A stretch of DNA of 64,000 bases from a virus. The DNA is taken from the IMG/VR virus record IMGVR_UViG_3300042463_000890, positions 1-64,000 of that record; one strand, given 5' to 3'. Numbering within the stretch: position 1 is the stretch's first letter; each line of letters opens with the position of its first letter. Shown here one piece after another: positions 57,498 through 64,000 of the stretch. Under the pieces are notes generated by a model, which was given only the letters and a program-made list of their open reading frames with translations, did no database searches and was not told where the DNA came from. The translations under genes and the position numbers were made by a program.

Positions 57498-60400
57498 TTA
57501 AAACTTATTTTCTATCGCTAAACAAATTTCACCTTGTTCGTTTATTAATCTTTGCATATCGGAAAAACTTATAAATGCGTAACCATTCTTACCCCATGAA
57601 CGACCCCAACTATTTTTAATTCTAAATAGTTTAGTTCTTAAATCAACACCGTTTATTACGTAAGCATGTCCACCAGCAATTCTACCACTAGCTTTAATTA
57701 AACCGTTTTTATTAGGATAGAACATACCTTGATACCAGTTGGTACCAACAACTACTGGCCCTTTAACTAAAACCGTATTTATTAAAACCGATAAATCGTA
57801 TGTCCATAGATATGACGAGATTTTTCCAGTGTTTTTCAAATATTTCGCACCTCCTCTAACAGATGTTCCATCATAATTTTCACCAACCCATTCATCTAAT
57901 CTTTGTGCTTGTTTATAAATTGTAGTTGGATTTATTATTGGTGGTACACCTCCGTGTTTTATAGGACCGTCCTCAATCCAATGAGCCCAAGCATACCCAA
58001 CACATTGAGGAGTATTTCCTTGATTACCCCACCATTCCTCTGAATCCCAATATTTTGAGGTTAATGTTGTCGGCCTAAATTGTAACCTATTTTCAATTAA
58101 AAACAATTTATCTCTTTTGTCTTCAATATAAATTCTACCTAACGGTTGTGGGTCAATATTAGTCGTTGTTGTAGTTGTAGGATTAAATGTTGTAGTTGTT
58201 GTAGTTGTAGGATTAAATGTTGTAGTTGTTGTAGTTGCCGTTGGTGTCGGGGTATCTCCTGTAGTGTATCCAAAATCATCAGGTAAACATTCTAAAGTAG
58301 TACAATCAGGACAATCAGGGTTAAACATCCTAAACGTATTTTTTAATAACAAGAAATTATGTTTAACCTCAGGTGCAGATAAAGGAGTTACGTACATTCT
58401 AAACTGAGATATCGCACCTTCAAAAGTACCTGCAAAATTTTGTTCAATTAATATATTTGTTTTTAATCCATTAAATGTTGTTCCTGTTAAATCGTTTGTT
58501 GGGAAATTTTCAGGGTCTTGCTGATACGGGCCAAAATATAAAATCTCCTCTCTTGTTACCAATGTTAATATATTAGTACTAGATGGATTTGTTATTACAG
58601 GAGTATCATCCCATTTAGCAATAATAGTACCCGTTTCATTTGTTAAGTTTGATAAAATCTGAGGTTCACCAAAACAATCTAAATAAGTTATATCAGTTGT
58701 AACATCTCCTATTGAATAATTCCATACAGAACATGCTCTAAATGTTAAGTTTTCTCTTAACCCCTGAGTACCCCCGCCCCAAGACACATTAAATGGTACT
58801 CCTACTTGTTTTTCTTTATCGGTGTTTAAAGCTCTTGGTATAATCTCTTCAAAATCTTCAATAGTCCAAAATAACTTACCATTTATATAAATTTTAAGTC
58901 GACCTTTTCTATATTTTTTTTCTAATAACCATTTTTCATTAAGATTAACGATTTCTATTTTTTCGGCCTCTTCCGCTTCAGGACGAGTATATGGAACAGT
59001 AATTAAAGATGAAGTATTGTTAGCCAGTGATTGTAGGTATAACTTTTTTGTTATATCACCTAACCCACCTCGATACCATAAATCACAATCATCGAACCAA
59101 GTGTATCTTTCCCAAACCGCATCGACTTGGAACCAGTGTTCTAAGTCTAACCACGCAGGGTTTATTTTAAAACAATCAGGATAAATTGGTGGTGAACAAT
59201 AATCTAAAACAGTGTAACCTGTTGTATATGTTACACCTGTTGTAGAACAAGAACCTGTTGTTTCACAATCTCCTGTAAACAACAATACTCTTACCCCTAT
59301 TTGAGGATTTTTAGGTTCTCCACATAATCTAAAGGACAACGCATTAGATAATGAATCGTATAATGGGTCTTTTTCACAAGTATCTTCTATAGAAGTAAAA
59401 CCAGTGTTAGGCGGACATGTATCACAATCGTTACAAGTTTCACATTTAGTACAAGAAGGTGTACAAACAGGAGGTAATATACAACCTTCTGATATTGGTG
59501 TAGGAGATGGTGTTGGTGTTGGAGTTGGAAAAATAACCGACTCACATTTATGAGTTTGACATTCCCACCCACAAGATTCACATTTCACCTCACCACAACC
59601 GCATCCACATGAAATACTTTTACTTGGGTTACCGTTACACTTATCACAACCATAATTAACATGTGGGTCATGAACACCACCTTCAGACCTTGGTGGGTAA
59701 ACAAATATACAACGACTATCTGTTATAGTTTTATTACAACAAGCACAAGTGGTTAATCCTGTTAAAGGTGTAGTTATACGAGTGTATCCCGTAAAACAAT
59801 TTGGGGTCCCGTCAGCGTGATGGTAGAATTTATTTTCCGCTCTTGTACCAAAATAAAAAAATGTATTTTTGTTTTTTGGGTATATTTTGTTTAGAGTGGT
59901 CTCACCAGGACCTGGAAAAAATTCATCCTCTAATCTTGGTTTGAGTAACATTTCAACAGACCAACCCTTGTTCATCCTTTCGGGGAAGATATTATAGTCG
60001 TAACCAAATAACCTATAAAATCCTTGATAAAATCCTCCATATAATTCATGGTACCTACCCTCAAAAGGACTAAATTTACTTACAACTTCATACAATACGA
60101 CATCAGGAAATCCTGAAAATCTAACTATATCAAGAGCGGTATTTGCGGTTACTTGAAATAATTTTAGTCTTCTATCAAAACTTAATCTATCAAATTTTTC
60201 TGAATTACTTAATAAACCTTGAGTAAAGGTTATTGTTTGACCTGTCATATACTCAACTAATCCATTATCAACACCTGTTAATCCAATGTCACAAGAAGTT
60301 GACGATGTAAAACATTTTAAATCTAAATCTTTAGGATTATAATAATTTTGGGAGACAAAAATATTATCTCTATTATAATTTTTATAAGTTAAAGTTAAAT

Positions 60401-60599
60401 TCTGAGCAGTTTCAGGGTTATTAATATCAAAATAAAAAGGTAATCTATTACCATAAGTTTGCGCAATCAAATAAGGTGAAAATACCACCTCTTGATTAAA
60501 ATCCATTTCATCACTAGTCAATGACATGTCATGAGCGTCTAAAGACAACTTAGGAAACAAATTTGGTCTTACATATTGATTTATATTTTGACTCGCCAT
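57498..60599 (-). CDS. Multidomain putative virion protein: LamG/ConA-like, Cys-rich, Thr-rich linker, C-terminal papain-like (C1) cysteine protease
   Basis: GWSVEMLL, LKIYINGKL and FEGAISQFRMYVTPLS (LamG-like). Catalytic motifs NQGNTPQCVGYA (Q, C), GGHA (H) and IKNSWG (N). Confidence 0.8.
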   Translation of the reverse strand: MASQNINQYVRPNLFPKLSLDAHDMSLTSDEMDFNQEVVFSPYLIAQTYGNRLPFYFDINNPETAQNLTLTYKNYNRDNIFVSQNYYNPKDLDLKCFTSSTSCDIGLTGVDNGLVEYMTGQTITFTQGLLSNSEKFDRLSFDRRLKLFQVTANTALDIVRFSGFPDVVLYEVVSKFSPFEGRYHELYGGFYQGFYRLFGYDYNIFPERMNKGWSVEMLLKPRLEDEFFPGPGETTLNKIYPKNKNTFFYFGTRAENKFYHHADGTPNCFTGYTRITTPLTGLTTCACCNKTITDSRCIFVYPPRSEGGVHDPHVNYGCDKCNGNPSKSISCGCGCGEVKCESCGWECQTHKCESVIFPTPTPTPSPTPISEGCILPPVCTPSCTKCETCNDCDTCPPNTGFTSIEDTCEKDPLYDSLSNALSFRLCGEPKNPQIGVRVLLFTGDCETTGSCSTTGVTYTTGYTVLDYCSPPIYPDCFKINPAWLDLEHWFQVDAVWERYTWFDDCDLWYRGGLGDITKKLYLQSLANNTSSLITVPYTRPEAEEAEKIEIVNLNEKWLLEKKYRKGRLKIYINGKLFWTIEDFEEIIPRALNTDKEKQVGVPFNVSWGGGTQGLRENLTFRACSVWNYSIGDVTTDITYLDCFGEPQILSNLTNETGTIIAKWDDTPVITNPSSTNILTLVTREEILYFGPYQQDPENFPTNDLTGTTFNGLKTNILIEQNFAGTFEGAISQFRMYVTPLSAPEVKHNFLLLKNTFRMFNPDCPDCTTLECLPDDFGYTTGDTPTPTATTTTTTFNPTTTTTTTFNPTTTTTTNIDPQPLGRIYIEDKRDKLFLIENRLQFRPTTLTSKYWDSEEWWGNQGNTPQCVGYAWAHWIEDGPIKHGGVPPIINPTTIYKQAQRLDEWVGENYDGTSVRGGAKYLKNTGKISSYLWTYDLSVLINTVLVKGPVVVGTNWYQGMFYPNKNGLIKASGRIAGGHAYVINGVDLRTKLFRIKNSWGRSWGKNGYAFISFSDMQRLINEQGEICLAIENKF
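58171..58237. repeat. Perfect 30-bp tandem duplication encoding TTTTTTTFNP
   Basis: GTAGTTGTAGGATTAAATGTTGTAGTTGTT at 58171 and 58201. A related pair lies at about 48847-48906. Confidence 0.9.
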
Positions 60600-60609
60600 C
60601 TTTTTTATG

Positions 60610-60636
60610 ATAAATACACCAAAACGAAGTATTTAT
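60610..60636. promoter_or_regulatory. Back-to-back TATTTAT putative late promoters
   Basis: TATTTAT on the minus strand at 60616-60610 (before the 1033-aa gene) and on the plus strand at 60630-60636 (before the 277-aa gene). The same motif precedes most structural operons. Confidence 0.6.
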
Positions 60637-60649
60637 TGATAAAAAAGGC

Positions 60650-61483
60650 ATGATAAGTTTTAATAAAGAATATTTCAGGAATAATTGTTATTTCTACTTA
60701 AAAGATAAAGGAGAAACTTTTTCTTTATATTATTCTGTTGCCGACACATTAGTTGAGTCAAGAAAAAAAGACGAGAAAAAAGATTTTCCAAAAAATAAAT
60801 TAAAAAAAGTAGAATCGTTAATAAAAAAATATTTTACATCTAAATCAAAACCTTCAAAAAAAGAAGTCGATAAGGATTTAGAGAACGTTGAGAAATCTGA
60901 AATAGATGAATTAATCGATTCTGACGGTACAATGTTAAGCTCAAGAGTACCATTTTTGAATATGTACTTACACCCAAAGAAGACAATGGACCAAACTGTT
61001 GTTGCTTCAAGAATTTCTAATGACCCTGTAACAAGAGGTTATCGTGTATATTGGGGTGAAAGTGAAGATGAAAAAGATAATGTTGTTTCTGAAATAGATT
61101 ATTCTGACGCATTTGGTTATGAAGAAACCGAATATAAAGATTTTAACGACACAGTTAAAACTTTAAAGAATATGGGTGTGGACAATGCCGTTGAAAGAGC
61201 TAAACAATTTGGTAAACTACCTAAACAAAAGAGAACAAAAGGTAAATTAAAACAAAGATTAGTTGAAAAGGGTTCTATAGAAGAGGAAGAGAAAAAAATG
61301 ATGTCTAAAATGGTTGAAGATATTTTAGCAAAAAAATCTAAAGACTCTTCTGATGTTGTTTCTAAAAATGATGACGCGGTTAGTAAAATTCTTATGAGAA
61401 ATTTAAAATCGATTAAGAAAATTGCGGAAAAAGAGGGGGTGAGTATAAATAAATTAATAAACATCTTGAAATCAGATGAATAA
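60650..61483 (+). CDS. Hypothetical charged protein (277 aa)
   Basis: Lys/Glu-rich ORF, first gene of a plus-strand operon. Confidence 0.75.
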   Translation: MISFNKEYFRNNCYFYLKDKGETFSLYYSVADTLVESRKKDEKKDFPKNKLKKVESLIKKYFTSKSKPSKKEVDKDLENVEKSEIDELIDSDGTMLSSRVPFLNMYLHPKKTMDQTVVASRISNDPVTRGYRVYWGESEDEKDNVVSEIDYSDAFGYEETEYKDFNDTVKTLKNMGVDNAVERAKQFGKLPKQKRTKGKLKQRLVEKGSIEEEEKKMMSKMVEDILAKKSKDSSDVVSKNDDAVSKILMRNLKSIKKIAEKEGVSINKLINILKSDE

Positions 61484-61946
61484 AGATTTATACGGACATA
61501 AAGTACCTATACCTGAAGAAGTTGTAAATTATTTACAACAATGTCATGATGCCGCTAAAGGGGCGGATGAAAATACTGAAGGGTACAGAAGAAACATAGA
61601 TTTGAGAGATAGTAAAGAAGTGACATATCAACAATTAAAAAGAATGAAAAACTTTTTTGATAATTTTAACGGTCATGATAACGATTTACCATTTATTTTA
61701 AATGGGGGTCATTATGTCAAAGGATGGGTTGATAGAACTTTAGGGGGAATGAGAGATGGGATTGATTTAGGCAAAGAAATTAAATCTGAAGTGTTACCTA
61801 ATCAATTTATCCAACAACATGATAAAAATAATATTAAAAACTTGAATAGACCAAGTAAAAGCCATTCAGATAACGTTGGGTATTACGATTTAGCGGTAAC
61901 TGAAAGTTTAAAAAGAATAAACGATTTAATGAAAAAAATAATTTAA
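61476..61946 (+). CDS. Hypothetical protein (156 aa)
   Basis: Overlapping start/stop coupling. VTYQQLKRMKNFF...GG..W loosely resembles a small phage head-associated domain. Confidence 0.7.
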   Translation: MNKDLYGHKVPIPEEVVNYLQQCHDAAKGADENTEGYRRNIDLRDSKEVTYQQLKRMKNFFDNFNGHDNDLPFILNGGHYVKGWVDRTLGGMRDGIDLGKEIKSEVLPNQFIQQHDKNNIKNLNRPSKSHSDNVGYYDLAVTESLKRINDLMKKII

Positions 61947-61947
61947 T

Positions 61948-62244
61948 ATGGCAGTTAATGAACCTTTAAATTTTGAGCAACCAAGTAATGAGTTGTCATC
62001 AATTGCAGAAGCGGAAAGAAAAAAACTTCTACCTAAAAATGATTTCACTAAACAGGCAAATGAATACTCATCAGTTAATAAAGATGCGTTGGCCGATGGT
62101 GATGATTATGGTAAAGGTACGGGTGTATTCTTAGATGTTTATAATCAAGGTGCGGGAGCGATACAAGATATTCTCGAAAGAAAAGCTGAAGTAGTTATTA
62201 ACGAATATCAACCAAACAAACCGTACACAACACCAAGTGCGTAA
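61948..62244 (+). CDS. Hypothetical protein (98 aa)
   Basis: Coupled ORF within the operon. Contains a DALADGDDYGKGTG segment. Confidence 0.72.
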   Translation: MAVNEPLNFEQPSNELSSIAEAERKKLLPKNDFTKQANEYSSVNKDALADGDDYGKGTGVFLDVYNQGAGAIQDILERKAEVVINEYQPNKPYTTPSA

Positions 62245-62648
62245 TGAAATTAACCAAAATCGCTAAATCATTAATTTTAGAGGTTGCGTCAATAGAAAAT
62301 ATTGTTGATGCAATTAAAAAACGCCAAAAAATTGTGATTTACTACGATGGTGATGAACCAGGTGGTAGGGGTCTTAGAGAGATTGAACCTGTTTGTTTTG
62401 GGTATAGTAAATCGGATAATCCCGTATTAAGAGCTTGGGATTCCGAAGGAGCGTCTCACACGGGTTATAAAGGTGAACAACCTTTACCTGGATGGAGACT
62501 TTTTAGGGTCGACAAGATTTTATCATTTAAACCAACAGGAGAAACATTTAACGAACCTAAACCAAATTACAATCCAAATGGTGACAAAAGCATGAGAAGA
62601 GTTATAATTAATGTTGTATTCGATAACAATCAACAACAAACTGTATAA
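62244..62648 (+). CDS. Stand-alone WYL-domain protein
   Basis: IVDAIKKRQKIVIYY...REIEPVCFG...LRAW...WRLFRVDKI is the WYL fold signature. Confidence 0.8.
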   Translation: MKLTKIAKSLILEVASIENIVDAIKKRQKIVIYYDGDEPGGRGLREIEPVCFGYSKSDNPVLRAWDSEGASHTGYKGEQPLPGWRLFRVDKILSFKPTGETFNEPKPNYNPNGDKSMRRVIINVVFDNNQQQTV

Positions 62649-62649
62649 T

Positions 62650-63234
62650 ATGAATAGTGAAAATGAATTAATCCAAAAACTTATGATGTCTAAAAAAATA
62701 ATGGACATTCATAGTAAAACACCAAGAAATCAAACTTCAGGTATGAATATTAATATGCCTGTTGTTGAGGAATTTTCAGCTCCACAAGCGTCTTATAATA
62801 TACCTCAAGACGTTTTAACTGAAGTGAATCAATCACCTGTACCTAAAAAAATGAATCAAGAAGTTCCTACAGAACAAAGAATCATGTCATCAAAATTACC
62901 TGATGAAATTAAACGACTAATGATTGAACACCCAATTGCACAACCAAACTCTATGTCTGGCCCTACCTTATCTAATGAGTTAGTTGAAAAGGCATCAAGA
63001 TTGATGGGTACCACACCAATTCAAGAAAATAATCAACAACAAAGAAGACAAACCTCAAATCCAAATGTAAATTTAGATGATATTAGGTCTGTTGTTAGGG
63101 AAACTGTTGAGGAGGTTTTGAAAGAAAACGGCCTTTTATTAGAGTCCACAAGTAAATCAAGTGAAACAATAACCTTTAAAGTAGGTAAACACGTTTTTGA
63201 AGGTAAGGTTACAAAAATTAAAAAATTACAATAA
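62650..63234 (+). CDS. Hypothetical protein (about 194 aa)
   Basis: More plausible start at ATG 62650 (MNSENE), directly after the WYL stop, than the track start at 62611. Confidence 0.72.
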   Translation: MNSENELIQKLMMSKKIMDIHSKTPRNQTSGMNINMPVVEEFSAPQASYNIPQDVLTEVNQSPVPKKMNQEVPTEQRIMSSKLPDEIKRLMIEHPIAQPNSMSGPTLSNELVEKASRLMGTTPIQENNQQQRRQTSNPNVNLDDIRSVVRETVEEVLKENGLLLESTSKSSETITFKVGKHVFEGKVTKIKKLQ

Positions 63235-63240
63235 AACTTT

Positions 63241-63270
63241 AACCCCTCTACATGAGGGGTTTTTTATTTT
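63241..63270 (+). terminator. Intrinsic terminator
   Basis: AACCCCTC-TACAT-GAGGGGTT followed by TTTTATTTT. Confidence 0.85.
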
Positions 63271-63277
63271 AATACGG

Positions 63278-63306
63278 TTGATTAAACAAATTAGATGACT
63301 TATATT
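63278..63306 (+). promoter_or_regulatory. Sigma70-type promoter for the terminal glycosyltransferase
   Basis: TTGATT (63278-63283), 17-nt spacer, TATATT (63301-63306), directly after a terminator. Confidence 0.6.
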
Positions 63307-63328
63307 TCAATTATTATATTGAAAAATT

Positions 63329-64000
63329 ATGTCTAAAAAAATTAATGTTTTAATACTACCATCGGATAAAACTGGTGTTGGTAAATTTCGCTCTGTAGAC
63401 CCTCATATTATGCTACAAAACATGTATCCTGATGATTTTCATGTGGATATTGATTATGAACCTAGATTGAATGACCCTAACTTTTGGAAAAAGTACCAAA
63501 TTGTACATGTACATAGAAATATTGGTAATAATTATGACCAAACACCTCATTTAATTAGAACTCTAAAACAAATGGGTATTGTTGTTATTGTGGATATCGA
63601 TGATTATTGGTTACCAACTAAAGAACACCCAATTCATTCAATTATCCTACACGATAAAATACATGAAAAAATTATTACAAATTTAAAAGAGGCTAGTTAT
63701 GTTACAACTACAACAAAAATATTTGCCGATGAAATTCGTAAATTTAACAAAAATGTTGTGGTTTTACCAAACGCAATTAACCCAGATGAACCACAATTTA
63801 AACAAGCAACAGAAGATTCAGATAAAATAAGAGTCGGTTGGTTAGGCGGTTCCTCTCACTTATACGATTTAAAACTTTTAGAAGGGTTTATTTCAAAAAA
63901 TGGTAGTGATATAAATAATAATGTACAATATGTTATTTGTGGATTTGACACACGAGGTTCTGTGACTGAAATTGACCAAAAAACAGGACAAAGAAAACAA
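63329..64000 (+). CDS. GT-B (GT4-like) glycosyltransferase, partial (runs off the window end)
   Basis: MSKKINVLILPSDKTGVGKFRSVDPH...VIVDIDDYW...ASYVTTTTKIFADEIRKFNKNVVVLPNAIN...IRVGWLGGSSHLYDL. Not in the ORF track. Confidence 0.8.
   Translation, partial: MSKKINVLILPSDKTGVGKFRSVDPHIMLQNMYPDDFHVDIDYEPRLNDPNFWKKYQIVHVHRNIGNNYDQTPHLIRTLKQMGIVVIVDIDDYWLPTKEHPIHSIILHDKIHEKIITNLKEASYVTTTTKIFADEIRKFNKNVVVLPNAINPDEPQFKQATEDSDKIRVGWLGGSSHLYDLKLLEGFISKNGSDINNNVQYVICGFDTRGSVTEIDQKTGQRKQ

Noticed and set aside
54488-60599. Diversity-generating retroelement acting on the adhesin-like genes
   Set aside because: No reverse transcriptase and no template/variable repeat pair with adenine-specific mismatches were seen in the window.
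62611-62649. ORF-track start of the 207-aa protein
   Set aside because: It overlaps the WYL gene; the ATG at 62650 right after the WYL stop fits the operon's coupling pattern better.
226-62708. Many 60-150 aa ORF-track entries overlapping long genes (e.g. 30885-31328, 47857-48201, 61117-61464, 43424-43690)
   Set aside because: They are antisense or off-frame to well-supported genes, have atypical composition and show no motifs.
1-64000. Stop-codon reassignment as seen in some large phages
   Set aside because: Conserved genes are full length under code 11, coding density is high, and TAG and TGA both act as stops.
1-64000. tRNA or other known ncRNA genes
   Set aside because: Intergenic gaps are short and none shows a cloverleaf or T-loop signature by eye; tRNAscan/Infernal were not run.

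Overview
This is an AT-rich, densely coding 64-kb segment of a large T4-like (myovirus, probably jumbo) bacteriophage using the standard genetic code. It holds four kinds of module. (1) Contractile-tail, baseplate and neck genes: gp6-, gp25-, gp53/LysM-, gp26/chaperone-like, tape measure, tube, sheath, tail terminator and gp13/gp14-like neck, plus three giant baseplate proteins. (2) Replication and recombination genes: NrdAB, DnaB/gp41 helicase, 5'-3' exonuclease, RecA/UvsX, gp32-like SSB, SNF2 helicase and family B polymerase. (3) Accessory proteins, including a SOD fused to a nuclease-like domain, a HAD phosphatase and a WYL protein. (4) A 12-kb island in which a five-gene cassette (GT60/Gnt1-like GlcNAc transferase, PLOD-like GT, GT6-like GT, methyltransferase, HtrL+GT-A fusion) sits between genes for mucin-like Thr/Pro-rich proteins. 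Similar Thr/Pro tracts are inserted into the sheath and baseplate proteins. The best candidate for a new system is a phage-encoded mucin-type O-glycosylation pathway for the virion. Other notable signals are: a probable +1 programmed frameshift (UUU_UUU_CGC) in the tail chaperone gene upstream of the tape measure; modular accessory proteins sharing a paralogous PD-QxK-like domain with [LIV]-x-E putative protease sites at domain borders; a TATTTAT motif upstream of most structural operons, versus sigma70-type promoters upstream of SSB, the polymerase and the last GT; and two small ORFs missing from the ORF track (an RHH regulator and a zinc-finger-like peptide). The lack of Shine-Dalgarno signals and the RNR type suggest a Bacteroidota host (inference). 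No tRNA, CRISPR array, intein, portal, terminase or major capsid gene was recognised. All family calls come from reading motifs by eye; no searches were run.
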